From Prorocentrum cordatum (lineage: Eukaryota), in assembly GCA_963575745.1 (NCBI GenBank), contig CAUYUJ010000083.1, forward strand, positions 1 through 64,000: 64,000 bases of DNA. The letters run 5' to 3'. Below the pieces are notes generated by a model. That model did not search any database and was not told the DNA's origin. It was given only the letters and a program-made list of their open reading frames with translations. Shown here in pieces: positions 27,001 to 39,000 of this stretch. A program made the translations under genes and the position numbers. Positions within the stretch are counted from its first letter, which is position 1, and each line of letters opens with the position of its first letter.

Positions 27001-28663
27001 GGCGGCTTCCCGTGCCAGGTCTTCGCGGGTCTCAACGTCGCTCGGCAGGGTCTCGACGACCCGCGCGCGGGCCTGGTTGACCACATGGTGCGGATCGTGG
27101 ACGGGCTGCGGACGGCCATGCCGGAGGCGTCGATCGACTTCCTCGGGGAGAACGTCGCGTCGATGCCCGAGTGCGACGTGCTGCGCCTGAACCAGCTCTT
27201 CGGCCGCATCCCGCTGGAGATTGAAGCGGGGATGTCGGCTGGGTCAGACGTCCGCGGCTCTACTGGGCTTCGTGGGACCTCCTGCCGTCCTTCGAGGCTG
27301 AGCCCGTCGTGGTGCGGGCGAAGACCCAGGACGTTCGGCGCGCCTGCAAGGTGGCGCTGAAGGCGGAGCGGCCGCCGCTCGAGGAGTGGCTCCCGCCCGG
27401 GGCTGTGTGTCCGGGTCCCGCCGCAGGGGAGCCGCTCCCGACCTTCGTGCGCTGGGCGCCGCGCTCGCAGCCGCGCCCCAGGCCTGCGGGCATTGGGGAG
27501 TGCAGCGCTGCTGAGCTGGCGCGCTGGGAGGCGGCGGGCTTCGCTTCGCCGCCCTACCAGTTCCGTGACAAGTGGTGCATCCACCAGGCGGATGGCCGCG
27601 TGGAGCCGCCTGACGCGGCCATACGAGAGAAGCTGATGGGCTTCCCGGAGGGCCACACCGTGCCGTGCATGACGAGCAGCCAGGCGAAGGCCGAGCCCGC
27701 CAAGTACGAGGCTCTTCGGCGGTCGCTCGTGGGCAACTCCTTCCAGTGCGAGGTCGTGGCCTGGATCATCAGCCACTGGGCCGTCGGAGCTGGGCTGCTG
27801 GTCTCGGTGCCCTCGCTGGGTGAGCTGCGCGAGAGTGCGCGAGCCTGGGCTGGTGGCAGGAAGCTGTGGGCCGGCGACGTGACGTCGCTGCGGTGCGGTC
27901 GCTCGGAGATCGACGAGGGCTTGCACGCCATGCTGGACCAGCCTGGCGGGCCCATCTACGTGGGTCGTGGGTCTCGCCGCTGGGGGCTGGCTGCCTCGCG
28001 GTGGGGCAACCCTTTCACGATCAGCCCCGAGCGGTCACGCGAGGACGCTGTTGCCCTGTTCGCTGGTTGGATCCGCACGCAGCCCACCCTCCTGCAGAGC
28101 TTGGAGACGCTGCGCGGGGCCTACTGGTCTGTCACTGTGGGCCCGACCGGGCGTGCCATGCCGACATCCTCTTGGCGGGGTTGGCGAAGCGTGACGTGGT
28201 GGAGTGGCGCGAGCTGGACGCGTCCAGACGCATCGTCATGGGGCTCGTCATGGCGTGCCACAACAACGGAGCAGACATCAGGACCGATGGCGCTTCGGAG
28301 GCGCTCGGCAAGATCTTCCCGCGGCAGGAGATCGACTCAGGCATTTGGCGGTGGCGCAAGGCAAGGCAGCTAGTGTGGGATGCAGCAGAGCACATCAACG
28401 TTCTTGAGTGCCAGGGCGCGCTGATGATGATTCGATGGCGGGCGCGGTCGGTGCGCCGCCATCAGTGCGTCTTCCTGCACCTGCACGACAGCATGGTCAA
28501 CATCGGTGCGCTGTCCAAGCACCGTTCCAGCAGTCCTCAGCTCAACAAGGTGGTGCGAACTTTCTCGGCGTGGGAGCTTGCGATGGGCGCGCGGGCGGTC
28601 TTCGGCTTCACGTCGTCGGCTCGCAACCCCGCGGACGCCCCCTCGCGTCTCCGCGATGGGTAA
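24041..28663 (+). CDS. Pol: RT - RNase H(N) - DNMT3-like methyltransferase - DUF4326-like - RNase H(C); frameshifts near 27235 and 28118; start approximate
   Basis: RT: NGAFGVPK, RLIANL, DRKAFFY, MGW, YIDN. RNase H: ASDAS, HINVLE, DSMV, NPADAPSR. MTase: FDGIGG, EVD, GDV, GGFPCQ, ENV, RRPRLYW, MGFPEGHT, LVGNSF. Confidence 0.88.
25162..25419 (+). repeat. In-frame 129-bp tandem duplication within pol
   Basis: Units 25162-25290 and 25291-25419 with 2 differences seen. Confidence 0.95.
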
Positions 28664-29600
28664 GAAGCGGAGTAGCCCTGCTGACCGCCGCGCCGCCAGA
28701 GTTGGACTGGGGAAGCTGAGAGACGCCAGGATAAAGGCCTCGACACTGGCCCGCTACCGTGGCGCCGCTCAGCGTTTTGTTGACTACCTTGCTGCCAATA
28801 ACCTGTCGCTGCCTTTCACCTGGGACGATATTGATATCTGCTTGCAAGATTATCTTGAGCACTTGTGGGCCGAGGGCGCCACAAAAGGAGAAGCCAATGA
28901 CACCCTCAGCGGCGTGCAGCACCTGCTGAGGACACGACGCCGCTATCCTGGCGCTTGGCAGTTGCTGACAGTCTGGGGCAGACTGGAGATCCCCCAGCGC
29001 GCGCCGCCGATGCCTGCACAGGTCTGCACGGCGCTCGCCGGTTGGGCGCTCAGCCGCGGAGAGGTAGCCTTCGCGGCCGTGCTGCTCGTGGCCTTCCATC
29101 TTTGTCTCCGCACTGGCGAGGCGTTGGGGCTGAGCGGCGGCGTCATCTTTCTGAAGCCCTGCGGCCGAGGCGTGGTGTCGTTGCCCTGGACCAAGACCTC
29201 TTGCCAGAAGGGCGCGCGGGAACAAGTCACGCTTGACGACCCGCTGGTTGGGGCAGTCGTCCGTATGCAGCTCCAGCGTGACAGCCGGCTCTGGCCTGGC
29301 ACGACGCGCGCCTTTCACGATTTGTTCCGTACTGGGCTCCAGCAGATCGGTTGCAGGCACCTCGCCCTGTCTCCTTACAGCCTGAGGCGCGGAGGCGCCA
29401 CGCGTGAGTTCCTGCTGTCGGGCGACTTGTCTAAGGTCATGTTGCGTGGGCGCTGGAGCTCGGCAAGAACGGCAAAGATATGCATCCAAGACGGGGCTGC
29501 CATCATCGCAGAAATGAAGCTCCAGGATCGTACCCGTTCGACGCTCCAGCAGTTCTCTAATACACTTTTCGCTCGAGTCCGAGCGTTTTGCAGCCCGTGA
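28656..29600 (+). CDS. Tyrosine recombinase; expected catalytic Tyr reads Cys
   Basis: LRTGE, TKT, YSLRRGGAT and GRWSSARTAKICIQ. The ATG overlaps the pol stop. Confidence 0.9.
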   Translation: MGKKRSSPADRRAARVGLGKLRDARIKASTLARYRGAAQRFVDYLAANNLSLPFTWDDIDICLQDYLEHLWAEGATKGEANDTLSGVQHLLRTRRRYPGAWQLLTVWGRLEIPQRAPPMPAQVCTALAGWALSRGEVAFAAVLLVAFHLCLRTGEALGLSGGVIFLKPCGRGVVSLPWTKTSCQKGAREQVTLDDPLVGAVVRMQLQRDSRLWPGTTRAFHDLFRTGLQQIGCRHLALSPYSLRRGGATREFLLSGDLSKVMLRGRWSSARTAKICIQDGAAIIAEMKLQDRTRSTLQQFSNTLFARVRAFCSP

Positions 29601-29730
29601 CCTGCTGCGATAATTTTGATGTCTGGTGCGAGCTGCTGCCCGTGCTGCCGTCGCCAGGCTTGACATATCTTCGGCCTACGGCCAGAGGAAAACACTGAAT
29701 GGAGAGCTTGGTGTCTTTTTCGAGAGTTGG

Positions 29731-30628
29731 CGAGCTTCTTGGGCACGGTCCTGCTGGGCTCTCAGGGGGTTCTCTTTGCTGGGCCCCCCCGAGGCCGTCG
29801 AGCCTCCCCTGGCCCCCGAGGCCGTGGAGCGTTCTGGCCCCAGTCTCCCGTGATGGTGGCCGACCCCAGTTTGCGGATGGTGGTCTGCGAATCCAGCTCT
29901 GGCCTCGGGGTGCGGTCTGTGCTCTGGCGTGGGGGGTCGGTCCGTGCAAAAGAGAGTAGACCTTTCGAGCTCCGTGCAGAGGCCTCTGTAAATATGAATA
30001 TAGGTGCCCATGGGAGTTTAAGCTCTGTCAACAGCTTTGGCCGATTGAAGAGGGAAAAACATTTCTCCTTAATTCGATGAGCTATCGCTCACCCCCCGCC
30101 TGCCCCACACATGTAAACGTTTACGGTAGATGTGTGGGCGTCAGGGGGGTAGCGTGTCACATCGGCCGCATTCGCTTGCATGGCAGCTGTTCTGGCCCAC
30201 CCACATACCACCCTAAGTGGTGAATGCATCATGAGTCTCGCGAGAGCTCGAGCTTCTTGGGCACGGTCCTGCTGGGCTCTCAGGGGTTTCTCTTTGCTGG
30301 GCCCCCCCAAGGCCGTCGAGCCTCCCCTGGCCCCCGAGGCCGTGGAGCGTTCTGGCCCCAGTCTCCCGTGATGGTGGCCGACCCCAGTCTGCGGATGGTG
30401 GTCTGCGAATCCAGCTCTGGCCTCGGGGTGCGGTCTGTGCTCTGGCGTGGGGGGTCGGTCCGTGCAAAAGAGAGTAGACCTTTCGAGCTCCGTGCAGAGG
30501 CCTCTGTAAATATGAATATAGGTGCCCATGGGAGTTTAAGCTCTGTCAACAGCTTTGGCCGATTGAAGAGGGAAATACATTTCTCCTAAATTCGATGAGC
30601 TATCGCTCACCCCCCGCCTGCCCCACAC
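29731..30628 (+). repeat. Split direct repeats: B1 29731-30110, spacer A 30111-30248, B2 30249-30628
   Basis: Two near-identical ~380-bp copies, visible directly. Confidence 0.95.
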
Positions 30629-30684
30629 ACATATATATATATATATCTATATCTATATGTATACCATTAGGTATGCAATATATA

Positions 30685-30716
<32 letters not shown>

Positions 30717-31384
30717 CATATATGTATATATTTACATGGACACATGCATATATGTATGCCTGTATGCATGTATGCATGCATGCATGCATGCATGTATGTA
30801 TATATGCATGTATGTGTACGTATGTATGTGTGTATGTATGTTTGTCTGTATGTATGCATGTATGTATGCTTGTATGCATGCACGTATGTATGTATGTATG
30901 TATGTACGGATGTAAGTATGTGCATGCATGTGTATGTGTATGTGTGTATGTGTGTATGTGTGTATTTGTGTATGTGTGTATGTGTGTATATGTGTAGGTG
31001 TGTATGTGTGTACGGGTGTATGTGTTTATGTGTGTATGTGTGTATGTATGCATGCATACATACATGTATGCATGCATGTATGTATGCATGTATGTACGTG
31101 CGTATGTATGTATGTATGCATGCATGCATGCATGCATGCATGCATGTGTTTATGTATGTATGTATGTATGTATGCATGCATGCATGTATGTATATATGTA
31201 TATACGGATGCATGTATGTATGTATGCATGTATGCATACATGTATGCATGTATCTATGTATGTATGTATGCATGCATGCATGCATGTATGCATGTATGCA
31301 TGTATGCATGTATGCATGTATGCATGTATTCATGTATGCATGTATGCATGCATGCATGCATGCATGCATGCATGTATGTATGTA

Positions 31385-31415
<31 letters not shown>

Positions 31416-31494
31416 ATGTATGTATGTATGTATGTATGTATGTATTTATGTGTGCGTGTATGTGTGTATGTCTGTACGCGTGTGTGTGTGTGTG

Positions 31495-31533
<39 letters not shown>

Positions 31534-31593
31534 CTGTCTCTCTGCCTGCCTGCCCGCCTGTATGTATGTATATACGCATGTATGTATATATGT
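30629..31593. repeat. (TA)/(TATG)/(CATG)/(TG) compound microsatellite
   Basis: Directly visible. Confidence 0.97.
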
Positions 31594-31726
31594 GAAGGGA
31601 TTCGCCCTCGGCCTGCGGCGCCCCCCTCGGATTGCCTGCATGGCCGGTTCGATGGGGTTCATTGGCTCATTGGCCGATGGGTTGGCATACCGGCATCTCG
31701 GCTTGCTCGCACGTTGGCTGGTTAGC

Positions 31727-31924
31727 TCGGCGGCGAGCGAGGGGGGGAAGTGAGAAGGAGAAGGTCCTCTCAGACTGTTCGGAAGTTTCCCGGCCTTCTG
31801 GGATGTTTCCTGAGCCTTCCCCGAAGACGAAACAATTTCTCAGAAGGCGCGAGGGCTTCTGAGACGTCCCGCCGCCTTCTGAGAAGGTCTTCTCCTTCTC
31901 ACTTCCCCCCTCGCTCGCCGGCGA
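31727..31924. mobile_element. ~200-bp TIR element (MITE-like), copy 2, flanked by TTAGC on both sides
   Basis: TIRs of ~40 bp. TTAGC at 31722-31726 and 31925-31929. Confidence 0.72.
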
Positions 31925-32961
31925 TTAGCTGGTTGACTGAAGGGCTGGTTCGTGGGCTTGCTGGCTGGCTCGGCGATCGGATCCACACTTTTTTGCAAGG
32001 GGTCCGCCATGCTCATGGAGTTCGTGTCGTTCCTCATCTGCGTCCGTCGCAGCGTCGTTGGTTGGGGACGTGAAAAGATAGCCCTTCTTCCTGTGTCCTG
32101 CCTCTCCCTCCCTCTTCCCTCCTCCCTCGTCTCTCTTTCCTCTTCCTCCCACTTACTCCCTCCCCCTTCCCGCGTGCCCCGCTTCTTCCTCTCTTCTATC
32201 GGGGGCGGCAAAGAGGGGGGTGATGACTAGGGGGGATGGATATCATGGCGGGGGCCATGATATTCCCCCAGATCTCGTGGCGCCTCTTCTTATTTCGTTA
32301 CGTCCCTGGCCCCCCCGCTGGGCCGCGCACATGCCGCCGGTCATGATTTGCATCCCCCCCTCTTGAACACCCCCCTCTGGCCGCTCCCGATTCTACTCCT
32401 TTCCTCCCCTTCCTCTCTCCTTTCTCCTCCAGCCTCCGTCGTCCTCTCTCTGTCGTTCTTCTCTTTCCTCCCCGTCTCTCCTCCTCCCCCTCATCCCCGT
32501 TCCAGTTTCTTGCGTGCTCTTTGCCATTGCTGTGTTGCAGATCTGCTCACATGCGACACTAGCACTCTACTGACGGAGCCAACGCTGTTCTTGAATGCCA
32601 ATGGGGCAGTAGAAGGAGAAGGAGGAGCATGAGGAGAAAGAGGACGACGAGCAGGAGGAGGAGGAGGAGGAGGAGGAGGAGGAGGAGGAGGGGGAGGAGA
32701 AAGAGGAGGAGACGGCGGGCTGCTTCACCAAGCATGCTGTAAAAATGTTGGCTCGAGCGATTTGGGGTCAGGTCGTCATCGCGCTGCCAGGATGTTCTTT
32801 CATGAGCTTCCACAACACCAGGCACCCCGCGAAGTCCTCGCCCAGTTTTCTCTTCCCTCGATGCGGTCTGACATATGCGGGGGAGTGCAGCGCACGGGAG
32901 CAGGGCGCTCCCACTGTTCCGCGACGCTTCCCCCTCCTGTGCGAAGGAACCGTACCATACT

Positions 32962-33270
32962 GTTGCAACGATCAGCGTGCTCGGCAAAGGCAGGCAGTGG
33001 CAACGGGCACTGTCTCTTCTCAGCGAGTTGGTCGACACAGCGATGGAAGCCAACGTCATCGCATATGGCGCTGGAATTGGCGCGTGCGAGAAAGGGAAGC
33101 AATGGCAGCAGGCCCTGTCGCTGCTCAAGGAGATTAGGGAAGCGAAGCTGGAACCCAACGTCATCAGCTGCAACGCTGGGATCAGCGCGTGTGGGAAATG
33201 CGAGCAGTGGCAGCGTGCCTTGTCGCTGTTCGGCGCGATGTTGGAAGCAAACCTGGAGCCCACAGTCATC
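32962..33270 (+). CDS. Pentatricopeptide repeat (PPR) fragment, ~3 repeats
   Basis: 35-aa periodicity of the pattern xxAxIxACxKxxQWQxALSLL...EPNVI. Confidence 0.85.
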
Positions 33271-33899
33271 GTCTCTGCAATGTTCGGAACGGCCCCGCAC
33301 CGAGTCATTCCTCTGGGCCCCTCTGACGCCTTCCGACAACGGCTTCAGAAAGCCTTTGGGTGCTCCCAGAGACGGTCCCAGAGGCCTCCTAAGGCATCCG
33401 ACGAGACGCTCTACAAGGCGTCCGACAGCCGCCTAACCCGCAGAGGTTCCAACGAGAGGTCGGAGACAGCGAAGACCCCGCAAAAAGCATGAGCGTTTCT
33501 CGATACGTTCTGCTCTCAAGGCTTCTACGCGTAAGACAGTTCCGTGACAGCTTCACTGGGCTTCGGAGTGCTTGGAGAGACGTCCAAGGCTTCCTCAAGA
33601 GCGCCCGAAGAGGGCCCCAAGAGGGCCCCTATACGCTTTCCTCGGGGCCCAAGGCGGCCCAGGAGCGCTCCGACAAGCCCAGGATGGTACACAGAGGGCG
33701 CTCAGGCAGCGGAAGAGCGTTTCCCGAGAGCCGGACCCTGAACGGCTCCAGAAGGCCCGAATATGCTTCCAATGCAGCCCACGAGGGCCTCAACACACTC
33801 CCAGAAATAGTCCCAGAGAAGGCCGCAGGACCCTGGCCGAGGCGGTCCAAAAGCTGCCCGAGGCGGCCAAAAAAAGCCCCAATAGGTTCGAGACCTTCT

Positions 33900-33910
33900 A
33901 GCAGCAGCAC

Positions 33911-33966
<56 letters not shown>

Positions 33967-33967
33967 C

Positions 33968-34019
<52 letters not shown>

Positions 34020-34049
34020 TCCAGCAGCAGCAGCAGCAGTAGCAGCACA

Positions 34050-34097
<48 letters not shown>

Positions 34098-34130
34098 CAG
34101 CAGCAGGCAGCAGCAGCAAGCGTCAGCAAC
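33900..34130. repeat. (CAG)n microsatellite, decaying to ~34940
   Basis: Directly visible. Confidence 0.95.
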
Positions 34131-36059
34131 ACTCAGCAGCACCAACCCGCTAGGCAGCACCAATCCTCAATCCGCAGCACTCGTCACAAGTAGCAAGCAG
34201 CAATGCGCAGCGGCAACCAACAGCCCGCAATCGACAGTCGAACAGCAGCAACCACAAGCAACAGGCCGCAGCAGGCAGGAGCAAGCAGCAGCAAGTAGCA
34301 TAATCAGTGTGAAGTAACATCAAGCGACAGCTAGTAGTCGCAAGCAGCAGCAAGACGCCGCAGCCAGCCACGATGAGCAGCAGGCACCAGCAAGCAGCGC
34401 TTTTTGCAACAGCAGTCACAGCAGGCAGCAGCAAACATCAGCAACGCGCCGGCAGCCAGACGCAGCAAGCCGCGGGTCCGTGCATATGCTGCGGCGCCCT
34501 GTGTTCTGCCGTGCGGCTTTGCACCTGTCGCGTGCTGCAAACAAGCTTGACCTCCCAGATGCTTTGTTACATGCTGGTGCACTGTGCCCGCCCAGCTGTG
34601 TCGTGGCCGAGCTTGTCCTCCAGGATGCGCAGTGCCGCGTCCGCCGCAACACTAATGGGCCACGCGTGCGCGTGCCCGTGCGCGGACGGCAGCCCTCAGA
34701 CCGCCAGAGCTCGGGATGCCCCAAGCGATTCTAAGCGTGTCCCGAGGCCCTCCAGCAGCAGCGGCAGCAGCCACTTGCCGCCACCGGCAGCAAGCAGAGC
34801 CAGCACGCAGCAGCAGCAGACAGAGCCAGCGCGCGGTCGCAGCGGGCAGCGGCCGCAGGCAGAGCGCAGTCGCAGCCAGCGGCAGTAGCCGAGCAATCGC
34901 AAACGCAGCAGCAAGTAAACATCAGCAACAAGCAGCAGCAGTCACACGCGGGACAATGCAGGCTCCTCAGCATACATGAGGCACGACACTGGCAGGGCCC
35001 AAGACCGCCCGTAGGAGACCTCTGCGAGCTTTCTCTGGCCTGGCTGGCCCCATCGTGTCCGCAGGACGCTCCGAGACGGCTTAGAGCCCCAAGAGCGACG
35101 GCCCCGGAGGCCTGCCAGATCACCCAGGAGACCCCCAAGAGAGGGCCCCCAGACGGCCCAAGAGAGCCCCCCACGCGGAAGAAGAGGCATAAGTACGGCT
35201 CCAGATGGCGTCGAGGCGGTTCCGAGACGGCCTGGATCCGCCCCATGTTGACCGCAATGCGCTCCCCAACTGCTCCCAGCCCCCCCCCAAACAGCAACCA
35301 TGGGCTCACAGGCCCCACTGAACGCTCCGCCACACGCCCGCCTGGGACCTAGGGAGGCCTCCAGCGCGCCTTCGAAGGTCCCCAGAGCGCTTTCGGGAGC
35401 CCTCTGTGAGCCCCAAGAAAACTCAAATGTTGCTCCCCAACAGTGCCCGCAGTCTGTCACTAGGGGTCGCAGTTTTCCATTTTTTCGCGCGCCCCGAATG
35501 ACGAGTCTGAGGGTTCTCCTCGTGGTCCGCTTGGGCTCCTCTTGGAGCCCAGCAGGCCTCTTCAAGAGCGCCCACGGAAGCCCTCTTCGAGCCCCGAGAG
35601 GGCAACCTTCGGAGAACCAACAGATTTGCCACTTCGGGCTGTTGTCTTCTGCACTGCTTTCGCAGACCATGTGACAAATCTACGGGCTCTCTTCGAGGCC
35701 CCCCCTTCGAGCCTTTCGGGCCCCTCCTGGAGATTTCTGGAGTCTTCTTGCTCCGGGCGTGGCTCCACCGGAGCCCGCGGATTTCGTCCATGCTCCGTTG
35801 GCCGAGGCTCCCTCTCTCACCGTCGCCGTTGTCGGTTTGTTGTTCGATGTCCCCAATGTGGGCTCCAGATCCCCCAGGTTTCTTCAGCTGGCCCCAAGGG
35901 GCCTCGGGGAGAAGTGGCATCACCTCCGCCATCCTACTCCGACTCAAAAGAGAGTCCGTGGACGTAGTCCACGGATTCACCCCAGTCATCTATACTGGGC
36001 CCCGCGCGTGCGAGGAAGGCGATTCGGACCAAAATGGCGTAGCAGGCCCCTGCGAGCCC

Positions 36060-39000
36060 CAGCAGGCCCCGGCGCGCTCCGAGACGCTCCAAGATGGCCC
36101 AAGAGCGCTCCGAGACGCCCCTGGAGGATTTCACGAGGGCCCCAAGACGGCCCCAGACGGCCCAAGAGGGCCTCCGAAAAGGTCCAAGAGCGCTCCAAGG
36201 CGTCCAATATGGCCTCCCGACGGCCCAAGAGAGCTCGAACAAGGAAAATCGTCCCAATCCCTAGGGAAAACTTGCATTTTTGCAATTCTCGCGCTGTGCG
36301 TCCGCAACGCGTCCATCACGGCCATACAGGCCCCCAAGATCGCCCCAAGACGCCCCAAGATGGCCTCCAGGGAGCCCCAGAACGGTCCCAGGCAGCCCCA
36401 GGACAGCCCAAGAGGCGCCCAGGGCAGCCCAAGAGGGCTCGAAGAGCGGCCCAAGACGGGCCCGAGACAGCCCTAGATGCGCCCAAGACCATCCTAAACA
36501 GCTTGACACGGCCCAAGAGGCGCCCAAGACGGACCCAAGAGGCCCAAAGGAGGCCTCCAAGTCCCTCCAAGAGACGTCCAAGAGAGCTCAGAAGCAAAAT
36601 TCGTCCCAATCCCGAGGGAAGATGCACAATTTTAACATAGATCGCCCCAAGACGCCCTAAGAGGGCTTCCAGGGGCCCCAGGACGGTTCAAGGCGGCCCC
36701 AGGACAGCCCAACAGGCGCCCAGGGCAGCTCAAGAGGGCTCGAAGAGCGGCGCAAGACGGGCCCGAGGCAGCCCCAGAGGCGACCAAGACCGCCCTACAT
36801 AAAGGGCCTAAGACGGTCCACGAGGCGCCCAAGACGGCCCCAAGAGATCTCCAAGAGGCCCAAAGGAGGCTTCCAAGCACTTCCAAGAGACATCCAAGAG
36901 TGATTCGCCCCAAACCTTGGGAAACCGCACAATTTTAACATATTCGCTTTCCTCGTGTCCACGGCGCTCACGACGGCCATACAGGCCCCCAAGATCGCCC
37001 CAAGAGGGCCTCCAGGGGGCCCCAGAACGGTCCCGGGCGGCCCCAGGACAGCCCAAGAGGCGCCCAGGACAGCCCAAGAGGGCTAGAAGAGGACGGGCCC
37101 GAGGCAGCCCTACAGGCGCCCAAGACCGCCCTAAACGGCCTAAGACGGCCCAAGAGGCGCCCAAGACGGCCCCAAGAGCCCCCCCCCCAAGAGGTCAAAG
37201 GAGGCCTCCGAGCCCCTCTAAGAGACGTCCAAGAGGGCTCCCAGAAGCAAAAGTCGCCCCAAAGCGTGGGAAACCGCACAATTTGAACATATACGTTTTC
37301 CTCGTGCCCACGGTGCCCACGGCGGCCATACAGGCCACACGAAAGCGCGGTCTCGTTGCCGCCACCCCCGCCGCCGCCGTGCTTATAGGTTTTCGGCAAC
37401 ATATTCGCCGTTCCTCCGAGAACCATTCCTGAAAGATGTCGTGGACGGAGTCCACGGGTCAGCCCCAGTCTCTACTACATTTCATACGCGCGTCCGAGAG
37501 GGGCGGGGGTCGGGGAGCTCCTCCGACGCCCCGGCCCCGGGCGGCGCGGTTTCAAGACGCCCCGGGCGGCTCCGGAAAGGCTCCGGAGGCCCCAAGAGGC
37601 CCCCAAGACAGCTCAAGGAGCCCCCGAGACGCCCAAAGAGCGCTGAAGTGCAGGCGGCTCTGTCACACCGTGACCTGCCGTCGCTAATCTGCGCCGACCC
37701 AAAGAGCGCTCCAAGAGGCCGCCCAGACGGCACAAGAGGCCTGCAAGCGTATTCTACGAGGGCCCCGAGCGGCCAAAATCATCCACTTTACGACGGTTTT
37801 GGAAGGATTTTGGCCTTCTCGCCTTTTCCGCTTTCCAACGCTCGAAGACGGCCCAAGAGGCCTCCAAGAGCGCCCCAGAACGGCCCAAGAGGCCTCCAAG
37901 AGCGCCCCAAGACAGCCCAAGAGGGCCCCAAGACGACCCAAGAGACGCTCAAGACGGCCTACGAGGGCCCGAAGACAGGCCCAAGAGGGGGCCAAGAGGG
38001 GGACCAAGGACCGAAAATCCGAGCCTTCCGCCCCAAGAGGGCGCCAGGAGGCCCAAACATGCCCCCAAGAGGCCCCAAGGGGCCGCCAAGAATCCCCCGA
38101 AGAGGCCCCAGGAGGCTCCCAAGGAGCCCAAACGAGGCCCCAACAGAGGGCCCCAACAGCTTCCCAAATGGCCCCAAAGAGGCCTCGAGCCCGCCTCCGA
38201 GCTTCCTCGCCGCGAGGGTGCCAACACGGCCCCAGGCGGGCCCAGGACGGCCCAAGGCGCGCTCAAGACGGCCCAAGACGACTCCAAGACGGTCCCAGGA
38301 GGGTGGGCCCAGGACGGCCTAAGGACGCGCCTGGTCGGGGCCTCAAGACGGGCCCCAGCTGGCAAAAATCGTTCATTTTCCATTGTTACTGTTACACCCT
38401 TTGCGTTTCCCGCCATTTCGGCGGTCCGATGCACCAAGAGGCCCCAGAAAGTCCCAGGAGGGTCTGAGGAAACGCCCAGGAAGGCCCCAAGACGGGCCAA
38501 GACGGACCCAGCACAACCCAAGGCGCGCTGCGACGGCTCAAGACGGCTCCAAGACAGCCCCAAGAGGGTGCCAACACGGCCCCTGCTGGGCCCAGGACGG
38601 CCCAAGGAGGCGCACAGGAGGGGCCCAAGACGACTCCAAGGCGGCCCCCTCACGGTCCCAGACGGCTCCAAGACAGCCCCACGATAGTGCCAACAAGGAC
38701 CCCGATGGGCCCAGGACGGCCTACGGACGCGCCCATGAGGGGCCCACGACGAACCAAGACGGCCCCATCACGGCAAACGGCGCCCTCAAGACGGGCCTAG
38801 ACGGCTCCAAGACGGCCCTTTGAGGGAGCCAACGCGGCCCCACACCCTTCGGGCGAACACTTGGGGGGGCTGGGAGCTTGCGACAAGTCTCCCACATTCA
38901 TTGTCCTGCCCCATTCTGTTCGCCTGGAGGCCTCCTCCAACCCTGTGGGCGAACAAGAGGAAACCCAGCGGGCCGCCAACCCTGGGGCCCGTGGGCCCCG

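Larger units (their letters stand above)
22914..30628 (+). mobile_element. Tyrosine-recombinase retrotransposon (DIRS order, split-direct-repeat type) carrying a C5 DNA methyltransferase; 5' end lost in gap
   Basis: gag-like ORF, RT, split RNase H, DNMT, YR and a 3' B-A-B repeat structure. Confidence 0.92.

Noticed and set aside
30040..30085. Hammerhead ribozyme in the B repeat
   Set aside because: A hairpin is present but the CUGANGA and GAAA cores are not in the required arrangement.
30595..31753. MYVC/HTYI-rich ORFs
   Set aside because: Microsatellite artefacts.
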